From positions 62,001 through 126,000 of the forward strand of contig BAAIJX010000025.1 in the NCBI GenBank assembly GCA_054600435.1: 64,000 nt of DNA. Reading direction: 5' to 3'. Of the stretch, positions 22,682 through 34,587 are shown piece by piece. The position numbers and the translations under genes are program-made. The stretch is from Neophaeotheca triangularis (taxonomy: Eukaryota). The notes beneath the pieces are model-generated. The model worked only from the letters and a program-made list of their open reading frames with translations. It had not been told where the DNA came from and did not search any database. How positions within the stretch are numbered: the stretch's first letter is position 1; each line of letters starts with the position of its first letter.

Positions 22682-23614
22682 ATGGCGACCGACCACTCAT
22701 CCTCGTTCCGTCTGGAAGAGCTGGAACCCTCGCCCGTCGAGGAAACACCCCCGAACTCATACCAAAAGGAATACTTTCCATCATCCCACGGCGCCGCCTC
22801 GACCCCCGGGCCCTCTCGCCCAAACCAACCAGGCCTCTCCTCCCACAGTCCCATCTGGTACCTCACACGCATCCAGAAATACAGCAGCTACGTCTTCACC
22901 GCCTTCGGTGTCGCTCACATGACCAACACCTCGCTCCTCCCACTCATAACCCAATCCGTCCCGACCTCCGAACCCTACCTCCTCCTGACCCGACCCTACT
23001 ACCAAGGAATCCCCGCTGAACCGCTCTTGATCATCGCCCCGCTTGCAGCACACATAGCGTCCGGGCTCGCGCTACACATCTACCGGCGGAATTTGAACGC
23101 CAAACGCTACGGCGCGGAGACAAGGGCGGACAAGAAACGCTTCTCAGCAAAGTTCTGGCCAAACGTCAGTGGGATCAGCAAGCTGGGCTTCTTGTTCACG
23201 CCGCTCTTGTTGGGACACACGTTCATCAACCGCGGTATCCCGAAGCAGTTCCCCGGTGGGAGTTCGAATATCAATCTCAGCTATGTGAGCCATGCTTTTG
23301 CTAGGCATCCTGCTGTTTCTTGGGTGGGGTTTACCGCGTTGATTGGGGTGGGTGTGTGGCATATGACTTGGGGCTGGGCGAAGTGGTTGGGATGGACACC
23401 TGAGCAGGCTACCAGCGGGCATGGCAGTGTGGATAGGGGCTTGGCCATGAAGAGGCGGTGGTATGTTATCAACGGGATTGCCGCGGCGGTTGCTGGGCTG
23501 TGGATGGCGGGTGGTTTAGGTGTCATTGGGAGAGGTGGGCCCGCGAGTGGTTTCACGGGTAGGGAGTATGACGAGATGTATAGGCGTATTCCTTTGGTCG
23601 GTCGGTGGATGTAA
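22682..23614 (+). CDS. Mcp1/DUF1691-like mitochondrial outer-membrane protein, 310 aa
   Basis: RIQKYSSYVFTAFGVAHMTNT..LLTRPYYQ..AHIASG and further His-bearing TM helices. Confidence 0.78.
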   Translation: MATDHSSSFRLEELEPSPVEETPPNSYQKEYFPSSHGAASTPGPSRPNQPGLSSHSPIWYLTRIQKYSSYVFTAFGVAHMTNTSLLPLITQSVPTSEPYLLLTRPYYQGIPAEPLLIIAPLAAHIASGLALHIYRRNLNAKRYGAETRADKKRFSAKFWPNVSGISKLGFLFTPLLLGHTFINRGIPKQFPGGSSNINLSYVSHAFARHPAVSWVGFTALIGVGVWHMTWGWAKWLGWTPEQATSGHGSVDRGLAMKRRWYVINGIAAAVAGLWMAGGLGVIGRGGPASGFTGREYDEMYRRIPLVGRWM

Positions 23615-23795
23615 GATTATAGAAATCGGCTGGCGTCGGGAAGGTTGCATTTGATTCGAAGAATGATACCCTACTCTGTACAGAACGATAGACGGCTCGG
23701 ATGAAGTTCTATTCCCCTTCTCAAAGCGACCGTCTCCCTTGCCGTCCCATCACAAATCCCCTCACACCAAACCTCTCGCAAGTACACTGCGCAGC

Positions 23796-24665
23796 CTACA
23801 CCCGCCCTTTCCGACCGCCACGACGCTCACTAGTCCACTTCTCCCCCCTCCCCATCTCCTCATCCACAGCCTGACCGGGACGCGGGTACCTCCCATACCT
23901 CCTATACCTAGCCACAGTGCTGCTCACAGCGGCCACTCTCTCATCAAACTCATCCCTAAGCTGCTCAAGAAAATCCCCCGCGTCGAAGCCATGCCAGAGA
24001 TACGTCCTCAATCGCCCAGCGAGACTCGGTCTCTCGTTGACCAAACAGCCTTGGTTCTCGGGCGAAGCTCTCCCCGGCGTGCCGTCGTATATGAGCTCTC
24101 GAGGCCCGCTCGCGAGGCGCGGGTTGTTGTAGAGCAGAGGTGAGATGATTTTTGATTCTTCTTCTTCGCCGTCTTCTTCTTCTTCTTGAGGGCCGGCACA
24201 GAGATCGCGGGTGTTTGGTTCTCTCTGCTGGTTCCTCGCCGACGAGAGCGAGGTGTCCGCAATCCCGAGGGGTTCTGCGGACGCTTTTGGTTTGGCGAGG
24301 GTATTGGTAGCGGCGCCTGTCTAGGACGCACTCGTCGAGCGGCCGGATCTTGGCGAGCTTGCAGTCTCGTTTGTGTCTGCAATGAGGCCTGGCACTTTGT
24401 TGTGGTCGTACTTTTCCGCTTTGACGCGGTCGATGCTGTTTCTCAAACGGCTTGGAGAAAGGCGGTCAGGATCCCCGGCGATGTCACCGAGAGCTTGCCG
24501 GATCAGAGCTTGCCGGATCAGAGCTTCCTCGAGCAGAGCTTCCTCCAGCTTGTGTGCTTCCGTGAAATGGGATTCGGAGGGAGAGGGCGGTGCTGAAGAT
24601 CTTGGCCGGTACGCGGCGGCCATGCGGGCGATGTAGGCATCTAGTGAGGTGTCTTTGCTGTCCAT
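23796..24665 (-). pseudogene. Orphan reading frame of 290 codons interrupted by a single in-frame TAG (24323-24321)
   Basis: Track ORFs 24321..24665 and 23796..24044 share one frame, and I read 24320-24045 as stop-free in that frame; internal 15-nt repeat encodes EEALLEEALIRQALIRQAL. Confidence 0.5.
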
Positions 24666-25183
24666 GGTGAATAGCGTGGATGCTTTCGCGGAAGGGAGTG
24701 GTTTCTTGGTTAAGTCTTAAAGAGCGATGATGAGATTGGTCTTATCGTGGACCGGATGAGAGAACACAGCAGTGACGCGTTGATTGATAGAAAGGGGTTC
24801 GTGTAGAAAACTTGCTATGTAGATACTTGATCGAGTAAGCGACGGCGGCGAATTGTAAGATGTTATGGTGATGCTGGACAGAATACTCTGCGCTCAAAAC
24901 AATGCCAGGGCGGCTTTGATGCCGGTCTTGCCAGACGAATCCCACGTAAACGAGACAATCAATGTCAAGAGCTTCTTACAGAGCCGTACCTTCTATCAGA
25001 CGGGAAGGTGAGCCCTTCTTTCCATGTCGTTCGGACCTATGTAGTATTTCGATTGAGCCTTCACATACAGTGATCTTATGTAAAGAATGATAAGTCACCG
25101 ACGTTCACTTTCTCCAAAGGTACTTGCAGAACGCAGACCCCTGGCCATCAACATTATGTTGACCGATGTCGCAAAGCCGACGC

Positions 25184-26884
25184 CTACTTGTTGATCCTCA
25201 ACATTCTTTCAGGATCGCGCCAAAACAAACACTCCTCGCGCCTCACGTCATCAAGCTCAAGCCGAGTCGAACTGCCATTGCCTCCCGGCCCGGGCTGAAC
25301 GACCAACTGCTGCCCCGGTGCTGAATCCAAACCATAGCCTGCGGGCTCGTAATTCGCCCACTCGGGACTACCTGGGTAGCGGTGCGTGTTCGGGTCGCCG
25401 GTGAGCACGAAACTTGCGAGGTAGCTGTGGTACACTTTGCCGATTTCCGGGTATTGGACATCAGGCTCGTTCCAGGTGTATCTCGTGTCGGCCGTGTGGG
25501 GAACACCCTGCTCCGGAGGGAAGGTATTGTTGGTGTTGAAGCGGAGCTTCCAGGTGGGGACGCCAGCGGAGGACACGCGGTAGGAAGTCTCCTGGCTCGG
25601 GCAAATGTAGGCGTAGTCGCTGACTGCAGCTTGGAAGCGGCTGTACTGCGTGTTGACCTCCGAGTTGGCGTAGGGCGAGTCAGGGTATTGCTGAGGGTCA
25701 GGGTAGAGCTCTTGGAACAGCTTTAGATCCGCTTCGTTGAGACCCGGGGCAAGGTCAGCCCAGAAGTCGAGCACTTTTAGGTTGGTTCCAAAGTCGCCGG
25801 TCTCCCAGTACCGTGCCTCATTCGTCACAGTCGAGGAAATTGTTGGAACGTGGAAGAACGTGCCGTCAATACCAGATACAGAGCCGGGCTTCTCGAACAG
25901 CTCGCCGCCCTGCACTGGCTGGAAGGGCCAGGCCCAATCAAGTTCGTAGTCTCTGTACATGGCAGTGCTGATGTTGCGGATAGTGTTGACATCTGCAGTG
26001 CGTAGACACTCGAGAGCTTCTGCGTTGGTCCCATCCATTGGGCAGCCTACAACGGTCATGAAGTCTCTGTATTGAGCCTGGTACAATGGGAAGTCCGAAG
26101 GGGGGAACATGCGAGCGGTAACGGCGCCGGGCTGGTGAATTGCTCGGGCGAATAGAGGCTTGGAACCAGCATCCTCACCGTAGTTGTGGAAGTAGTGAAT
26201 ACCTACGGAGTGGGCTCCAGCAGAACGGCCGCCAAGGGTTACAGAGTCTGCGTCGCCGCCGAAGGCATGAATGTATTTCTGCACGAACTCGAGGAACAGC
26301 CTTTGATCTCTGATGTTGAGGTTGCTGAGGCCTTCTTCATCCATCAGCCGCGATGGCAGCGAACCAAGGGAGTTCACGCGATAGTGGAAGGTAACCACAA
26401 CCATTGGCTCAGGTGAAGATGCCGCGAAAGAAGCTCCGTCGAAGCTCCTCCAATTTCCTGCGTACATGCTACCTCCATGAATCCAAACCAACACCGGGAG
26501 CTTCTGATCAAGGGGAACGCCGGGAGTCCGATAGACATTGAAGTTCAAACAGGCCTCGCTCTGCAGTTCGATGTCGGCAACAGATAGTTCTTGAATACAG
26601 GACATGCCGTAAGAATCTGCGTCTCTGACTCCGTCGAAAGGAGAGGGCCAGGTGCTCGGGGTGAATCGAAGGTCTCCCACCGGCTGGCGAGCATAGTCCA
26701 TTCCGAGCCAAGCATCTACGGGGTGTGGCAGAGGGTAGCCGGAGTATGTCTCGTTGACTGTAGTGCCGGAGAAAGTTCCATAGTCGTCGAGGCTGACCAG
26801 GTTGTTGTGGTGGCGGCCTGCGTACGACGTACTGGCAAGGCATGCCAGGGATAAAGTGGCCCATGTGCTAAAATTAAGCGGCAT
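25184..26884 (-). CDS. Secreted type-B carboxylesterase/lipase, single exon, about 566 aa
   Basis: Signal MPLNFSTWATLSLACLASTSYAG; SEACLNFNVY, WIHGGS, GRSAG nucleophile elbow, NEARY Glu, GVPHTAD His. Confidence 0.9.
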   Translation of the reverse strand: MPLNFSTWATLSLACLASTSYAGRHHNNLVSLDDYGTFSGTTVNETYSGYPLPHPVDAWLGMDYARQPVGDLRFTPSTWPSPFDGVRDADSYGMSCIQELSVADIELQSEACLNFNVYRTPGVPLDQKLPVLVWIHGGSMYAGNWRSFDGASFAASSPEPMVVVTFHYRVNSLGSLPSRLMDEEGLSNLNIRDQRLFLEFVQKYIHAFGGDADSVTLGGRSAGAHSVGIHYFHNYGEDAGSKPLFARAIHQPGAVTARMFPPSDFPLYQAQYRDFMTVVGCPMDGTNAEALECLRTADVNTIRNISTAMYRDYELDWAWPFQPVQGGELFEKPGSVSGIDGTFFHVPTISSTVTNEARYWETGDFGTNLKVLDFWADLAPGLNEADLKLFQELYPDPQQYPDSPYANSEVNTQYSRFQAAVSDYAYICPSQETSYRVSSAGVPTWKLRFNTNNTFPPEQGVPHTADTRYTWNEPDVQYPEIGKVYHSYLASFVLTGDPNTHRYPGSPEWANYEPAGYGLDSAPGQQLVVQPGPGGNGSSTRLELDDVRREECLFWRDPERMLRINK

Positions 26885-27751
26885 TGTGAGGAGTTGGAGA
26901 GTGGTGGTGCTCTTTCTGTACAGACGGGTGCTCCCAGCAGTCTTATTATACTCAGCGGACATTGACCTTCTGCGCCTTTCTACATACCCGGCGCCGCAAT
27001 CGGGCAAAAACGTACAGCCATTGCCATTTCCATTGCCGTGGCCTGCAGGCCGCTGGTGTAGTAGACCGGCTCTTATCACCTACCTGACCCACTGGCAGTT
27101 AGCGATCTACCGATTTGCCGACAATTGCGCTGGAGCAGAGTGGGAATGGCATTAAGTTGTTAACATGCAGTCAAACCTGAAAGATAGGGGCGGGGTGTCC
27201 ATGTCTTGGCGCTCTCGCCCAGGCTGAGGTGTGGATGCGTATCTCCACATGAGCGGGGACTGACGGGGTCCACGAGCGCGCATGGTACAAAGATAAAGGG
27301 ATATCGGAACCGGATGAAGAGAGGCGGATGCAGCGGCCGGCCAGGGCTGACCGAACAAATACTGTACCGTACTGCTTGTCTCCGAAAAGCCTTCTATCTC
27401 CGATATTCCGACGTCTTCCTATCTCTGGAGGGAGGTATACACTATACAGATCTCCATCGAGCGAGCGTGCAGAAACTTCGTTATTCAGTTGCAAGAAGGG
27501 TGGGCTACCTATGCTGAGAGGGGAGAGCCAATACACAAGACCAGCTATGGGTCGACGACAAGACAAGGTGAATAAGACTTGTTTGGCGTATTCACGAGGA
27601 TACCCAAAGGAGCAATATCACGGGGTCATTGTCACGCTCTCACGAAATCTTATCGCCAGGGATTGTTTGTAAGATGGGATACTATCAATAGTCAAGTGCG
27701 ACATTGCTTGATTACTGTCGACAACTCTTCCATAATTCAGCCTCTCAAACC

Positions 27752-30700
27752 CTACAAGCTGAGCTCAAACTCGCCATCGAAAGCCTGATCAACCTCGATA
27801 ACAACATCCTCATCGTTGACCGAGACCTTCTCAGCAGCAAATTCCGTCCAGCCATCCTCCTCACGCTTGCCGTGGCCCTTGCCCTTGCCCCATCCTCCAT
27901 GACCGCCCTTGCGCCAAGAGGGTCTTCCATGCCCGCGTCCATGGCCCTTGCCATGGCCCTTGCCATGGCCCTTGCCATAACCCTTACCATGACCCTCTTG
28001 GCCTTGACCAAGAATAGTTACGGACCTGATAGTCGTCGACGTGGTCTCAGAGCTGTAATCGAAAGTACCCGTGAAAGACAGCTTGCCGTTCTCGTAGTGC
28101 ATGTAGATCTCCGACGTCGCTTCTTGCTCGATGCTGTCGCCGTCGTCGAGGTACAGGGAGCCGCTGGCTCTGCCGTCACGGCCAGGTGCCACGACGATTT
28201 CGAACGGCTGCTGGCGCACTTCTGTTGTCGTGTAGGCGGACTTGCAGCGCATGGGGATGATGCTGCCGCCGCGGATATGCATTGGGATTTCGGTGAAGTC
28301 CACGTCGTTGATTGTGATGGCCGAGCCTTGCCCTTCGACGATCGCGTGAGTGTGGAAGTCGTAGAAGCGGTCGTTTGGCAGGTAGGCTGTGACGCTGGTC
28401 TCGTTCTCTTCAGTCACTGGTGAAATGAGAATGGATTCTCCGTAGAAGAATTGGAGGTCGATGCCAAAGGTGTTAGGGTCGTGAGGGTACATGAAGAAGA
28501 CCGGGTTCAGCATCGGTGTGCCGTCGACGTTCTGCTTGTGGAGACCAGTGTAGATGTAGTCCAGCAGCCTGTAGCGAATGTCGATGGTCTTGCGCGCCGA
28601 CTCGGCCACGTTCTCCCACAAGTAGAACTCCTGGGGGATGGACGTGTCGCCGTTGTGGTTTCGGAAGAACGGGTTGAAGGCGCCAAGAGAGGCCCAGCGA
28701 GCGCAGAGCGTCGATGTTACGTTGCCTCCGAACCCACATACATCGCTTCCTACAAAGGGCATCTGGAAAAATGCGGCAAAATCGAGCATGCCTTGGATCG
28801 ACCGCCTGTACATGTCCCACGTCGACAGGTTGTCGCCAAGCCATTTAGATATTTTTGTACCATCGCCAGCAAAGGATGAACGTGTGACTACAAGTGGTCG
28901 GCGTCCGGGTCGACGAGCCTCCATGGCGTTGTAAGAGTAGTCACTCATCATACTTCCATAGAGGTTGTGAACGTCGAGCTCAACGTGACCATCGTAGTGT
29001 ACAATGTCAGTGTCGAGTGTACTGTTGCTCATACCTCCAAAGGCCTCGACCGTGTTTGCGTTGTCGATCTGGTAAGGGGGTGCCAAGAAATTACGATCAG
29101 GATATCCTCTGACTTCCTGGGCTTGGCGTTTGCTGATACGCTCCCCAGCAACACTGCGTTTGTTGTTGTCCTGGGGATTGCTGGGTGGAGCAAGCCATGG
29201 TGGGGAGTAGACATACTGGTCTGGAGGGTAGGGCGAGTTGGGATCAGGTTGGAATTCGCTGGGAAAGCCTGGAATAGGACGGGGTTGGGATCGCAAATCC
29301 GCTCTTGTCGGTGGGAAACCTCTCTCTTCTGCGCCCTCTTCGACGTCTTCTCCAAAGTTAGCGAAGTTGGCTGCTTCATTCATATCGATCCAGAGAGCGT
29401 CGATGTCAAGGCCTGTTTCTGGGTCGAAGAATTCGAGGAACTCGTTTGTCCAGTATTCTTGCGTGTCTGGATGGAACCAATCAGGGAATGCTGTAACTCC
29501 AGGCCACACAATTCCACGATAGATAGAGTCGTTCTTGTAGAGAAGTATGCCCTGGTCGCGAGCTCGTAAGAAAGTCTCGTACGGAAGGCCATCGTAGGTT
29601 TCCTCTTGATAGGCCATTGCTGGATCTACCATGACGCTGAATGATGGCGATTAGCATGATGTCGCGTTCGAATGCTCAATGCGTATTAATACATACATAA
29701 AGTGCTGGTCGTGCTCATGCAAATAATCCACGATATCCCGCATACGAGGCATCGGGAACCGGTCCGGGTCAACGGTCATGATGTAACCTGTCGTTATGTC
29801 AGTATGATATTCGACCTGGCGATACTCATCGGGTTATGCACTAACGCTGATACATGTAATCGATATCTGTCCACATGGTCTCAAGAGGAATTCCCGCAGC
29901 ACTGTAGTTAGTAATGACTTCGGCCACGGCGTAGTAGTCTCTGTATCCGTATCTGCACTGGTGCAAACCGAAACCCCAGTACGGCATCATGGTCGCCTTA
30001 CCGGCAACCTCTGAGTACTGTTGGGACACCTCGGTGGGTGTCTCACCCGCCATGAAGTACATGTCAATCACGCCGCCGACCATGTTGAACTCTAGGTACT
30101 GGCCTTCGCTCTCGGTGCGGTCGATCTTGACGTCCATGCCGGAAGAGGACAGCATGAAAACACCGTGGGTGCCCTGCTCTCCTCGGTGGTCGAAGTAGAC
30201 GGGGTGGTTCCCGTAGAGGTTGGTGCCGGGAGGAATACCATAGGAGTCACGAGACCACAAAGTTCGAACGTAGTCCGTGGTGTTCAGCCGCATGGAGTCG
30301 GAATGCTCTCCAAGGCCGTACAGGTTGGGGTCTTCTGGCAGGGCCGTGCGAATCCGCACATACTGGTCCTCGAAGACTAGGGCAGCAGCAGAGCTGTCGA
30401 ACAAGACCTCTTGGTTGGATTTCCTCACGACTCTGAAGCTGAAAGGAGAGGCTTCCCAGGTGAACTCGAGGTCGGATTCATCGGAGCTAACCGAGGCAGA
30501 GTTATCCGGCGCAGGGAAGACGCTGGTAGGGACTTGGTACGCAATCTGCGCAGCGTCCTCGATTTTGACATTGAGGCGTTGGGCTGCACTAGGATTAGCT
30601 GTGTTTCTTTCGATCCCAATTGCTAGACTCCCATACCAGAGTCATAGTTGACCTTGAGTGTCAAGGACTCAATGTCAGTTCCGTAACTGTTGCAGGCCTC

Positions 30701-30877
30701 CCCGGCAAGGGCAAGGTCTGCCGTTAGTCCAGTCCCGGTCTGGACGACATTGCTAGCGGTATAGCCAGGGCAGCTATCAGGCGGGGACGAGGGTGTTTCG
30801 ATGACTTGTCTGGGAGCGATGGCTGCGCCAGAGACCGCCGTGGCGGAAACAAAACTGTGAACGAGAGCTCGCAGCAT
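27752..30877 (-). CDS. Secreted GH31 alpha-glucosidase, 984 aa; exons 30877-30637, 30583-29846, 29787-29697, 29636-27752
   Basis: Signal peptide, [19 protein letters not shown], catalytic WIDMNE and WLGDN, GSDVCGF, PFFRNH; three canonical introns. Confidence 0.94.
27863..27994 (-). repeat. Coding 12-nt tandem repeat giving a GKGH-rich insert near the GH31 C-terminus
   Basis: ccatggcccttg units on the plus strand; translates [23 protein letters not shown]... Confidence 0.85.
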
Positions 30878-32941
30878 ACTGAACTGTGAGGGATACGAGA
30901 CGAAGAGACTGCCCCTGTCTTGCTATCTACCTGCGGACCTTTATACTTGCTGACATCTGCATAAACGAGAGCTCCGTCAGCGTCCCATGGCCCCACGACG
31001 GTCCTTGCTGTGGTGCTTTTCTCGGAGCCGTTGCAAGAGCCAAGGCGAGTTTAACGCAGCATCGAGCAAATCGCCTTTGCTTGATGTCGTTGAGTCCCCG
31101 GAAAATGGGGACTTTACGAGGGGTTGCTCCAGACGATGAGGGCAAACGGTAAGCCACTGGGTGGAATGCATGTGGGTTGACGTTGTCAAACAGTCGTCGA
31201 CGAGTGCCCAGGCTTGGGGGGAGAGGGGCTACCCGGCGCTATGCAGTGCATCAAGTCAGGCTTGAAGATAGCTCGTTAGTAACATTACGTGCCACAAGTG
31301 GATTATTGACAACCTGGAGTTCTTGATATGCGGGCGATACTGTGGAGTTGAAGTAGAAGTGGGGAGCTGCATGGAGTAGTGTGACGAGTGTTACCAGCCA
31401 TGTCCGCCATGCGGTGATGTTCGATAGATGCCAAGAAAAGTATCGCGCGCCAATTATCGGCGTTATCACTATACCCCCGTACCGTAGACTTTCGGACTTC
31501 ATGCGTCGATCGCGATGTTGGCAAGACAACTTGAGTAGGTAGTAGCTCGCAGCCTCAACATGCCAGATTATCACCTGCTTGAACACAGCCTTGAATCCTT
31601 GATAAAGACAAACGGCGCGTCAATACTACCTAGGTACTGTAGGGAAGGTATGTACTCCGGAGCTAGGTATGATGCACTTGGCTGCACCTGCAGAGTGGTG
31701 GACCTGCAGCTTCAATAGGTAGTTAGACGGCAAGCTGAAGTAAGAGCTATTTTATGCAGAAGTCAGGTAGGAGCTCATCAATCACGGACGGTGGGAGGAA
31801 CCAGCGAGCGGCCTGAAAAGCTCCCGACACCAACTATAGGTACCTATGTGTCTCGTCGCTATAGAGTTTGCAAGCTTAGTAGCTGGTCCAGCGCAATTGA
31901 CTCTCTACACGCGCAAGTGAGTCTTCAGACGCAATCGATGGCATCCCGCCAGAGAGACACCTCTTATTCCCCTCATTTCCTCTGCTCAAGCCGCCCGAGC
32001 GAGCTCTCAGCAGTAGCTAGCGAGTGATTTCTTAAATACCGCTGCTGCATGGTAAGAGGGGCAAGGCGTCTGTCTCTTCACTTAGTTAGCCTCGCAGACA
32101 GAACTGAGAGCAACCACAGCCCAGTGTAGGCCGGGAGCGATGGAGCTTTCCAAGGCTCGTTCGCACGCTAATGCTGCTCGTCATGCTTCTCGGTCAAGCT
32201 GACACGTTTTCGCTTTCTGATCGCTGCATAGTTGGTCAAATGTGCCATTCTCAACCGCCAGGCTGCACCCCGCCCGTGTACGCTCAACACTAGGTAGGAA
32301 GCTATTCAGGAACCAGCTCCATTCTGCGGCAACGGAAGTGAATCTGGCGCACCGTGAGACGGCCTGAAAGTGCTACGAGCCGAGGCGACTTATTAACTTG
32401 CAGATGCTGTACTTGAGCTGGCGCAGCCAACAACGAAGGGAAGGAAGCGACATTCTGCGAGTCTCGAGCGCAACGACTCATGGGAGATGTCTCGCGAGAA
32501 AAGGTAAGAGTTTGTGGAAAGCTAATTTGTTGGCTTTTTGATTGATATGATACAGCTAAGACACCAACCATTGCCGCTCGGGCGTGCTGAGTAGATAGCT
32601 GCGGGAGAAGTGTCCGTCTCCAAACCTGGCCGGCCCTCGCCAACGCCCTTCTATCACGACTCATCTCATATCGACTGAGTATCAACAGCATGCCTAGGTC
32701 AGCTATGGCCGCTTCGAAGTGACGTTAGCAGGGCCGAGACTCAGGGGTTGCATAGAGTTGACTTGCCAAGAAAGAACGACAATCTCAGTCGCTAGGCACC
32801 ATAGATAGATCGAGCTATCGTCTTCGTGTTATCATGCTTCCTTCCAAAGCCGTACATCCTTGACCATCGAGTTTTGCCATCCTCGAGGCGAGAATTGCAG
32901 AGACGAGACCTTAATTCGCGTTCAATGTTTTCCTTCCCCCA

Positions 32942-33936
32942 TCAGGCCATCGCATCCTTCGCCTCGGTAGTAGTCGGCAACGCAGGCGATGGCAGCGGCG
33001 AAGTCTGAGCACCAGCACCGACACTCTGAGCAAGCGCATTGCTGCCCGCCGAAGGCGCAATATGCACAGGTAGAATTTCAGTCTTGAGCTCGCGATTCTT
33101 CTTCGGCTTCGGCTCCGGAGCTATAAAAGTCACACGCATCAGCGAAAATCACCAACACAAGCACCACAAATCCCAAAGGCACCGTCAATCAAACACCACG
33201 CAATCTGAAAAAAGTAAAACCCACCTTTCTCATTCTCCTGCACATAAAACCTCCGCAGCAGCATGATGGCTTCCTCGCGGAACAGACCGCCGTAGACAGG
33301 GTACGCAGGCTCGATGCTAGGGTCCGAGTGGCAGCTCATGACACCTCCGCAGCCGCCAAAGCGGTCGTTGAGGCAGCCGAAGTAGACGGCGCGGATCCGG
33401 TACTGGCGCAGCGCCGAGGCACACATGATACATGGCTCGACGGTGACGTAGAGGTCGGTGGAGTGCAGGATCGACTGCGGGTGCTTGGCCATGATCTCCG
33501 CGAGGGCGACGAATTCGGCGTGGCGGGTTCCCTGTGGTGGTCGGTGGTTGTGTGAGTCGGAGGTCTTGCTCGCCCAAAGAGCGGGTACCTTGTGTATTGG
33601 GGGCTCGTTGCCACTTACGTTGAGCGAGGCGTTTGTGCCGTTGATGCCTCTGCCGATGATCTCGCCATCTTTGACAAAGACACAACCGACGGGCGTCTCG
33701 TCAGAGGTCAAAGCCAACTGGGCCATGTTGATGGCCTCGCGCATGAAGCCTTCGTGGTATTCGCGGTCTGGGACGGGACCAAAGACTGCGGGAACAATGG
33801 GTCTGTTCTTCTGCATTTCGTCTGTGGCGTCGTGGTATTTGGGGTTGTCCGTGCCAGCGGTGGAGTGTTGGATGTTTTGGTTTTGATATGATTGGTGGGA
33901 ATCTGATTTGTGCCTGAGATGCTGGATGTTGTCCAT
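32942..33936 (-). CDS. TAD2: tRNA-specific adenosine-34 deaminase catalytic subunit, 267 aa; exons 33936-33619, 33531-33225, 33120-32942
   Basis: ETPVGCVFV, GTRHAE, TVEPCIMCASAL, NDRFGGCG, LLRRFYVQENEK|APEPK. Confidence 0.92.
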
Positions 33937-34587
33937 TTTGGCTGGTGATTGATCGATCCTTGGGGGAAGTGACGGGTGGGTCTTTGTTGATGCTGAGCTT
34001 CAAGGAAAGTGCGACATCAAATTGAGACGGGGGTGTGAGGGTGTAGCGTGGGAAAGGAAGAACGCTGGACAACGCAAGAACACGGTGGAAATAGGGTCAC
34101 CTAAGAATACATGTCGCAAGTGAGATTACAATAACACCTGAAAATACGATGTTGGCCGAAGTGTCGGCAGTAAAGTGAAGTGAATATTCCGATTTTGAGG
34201 TCTGAGATTGAAGCTTTACGCTCATTGGTTGGCCAACTTTGACGCTAGCACACAGACTCTTTTGGGCCCCCCTAACCCCTGGTTCTAATCGGCTGGCTTC
34301 AATCGCCCGTGATGGTAAGCAGGACTCGCCACTGCAAGAATCTCAGCTCACCGAGGTATTGGAATTTCATTCACTTCAGATACTCGCTGCGCGTTTGGCA
34401 CGTACGTAGCACGCATGCCTGCGCATGTTTTAAGGTCTATGGGGCTGTTTAATATGAGATGAATGTTGCCGAGTGGCTACCGGTACAATCATCATGGGAT
34501 GCTTTTAATTGCTTAAATGCCACGTCCCAAGTACAGACAACGATTTTCCCCCGCTTCCTCGGTAACCTTCAGGATTTCTCGGTCCTC

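Noticed and set aside
26885..27079. 65-aa N-terminal extension of the carboxylesterase ORF
   Set aside because: Spans a TATA-like TATAATAA (about 26950-26943) and precedes a normal signal peptide starting at ATG 26884, so it is most likely promoter and leader
32480..32594. Plus-strand ATG with intron-like GTAAGA..CTAAT..CAG in the 31-32.9 kb gap
   Set aside because: The spliced product is only about 20 aa with no recognisable features; could be chance or a relic
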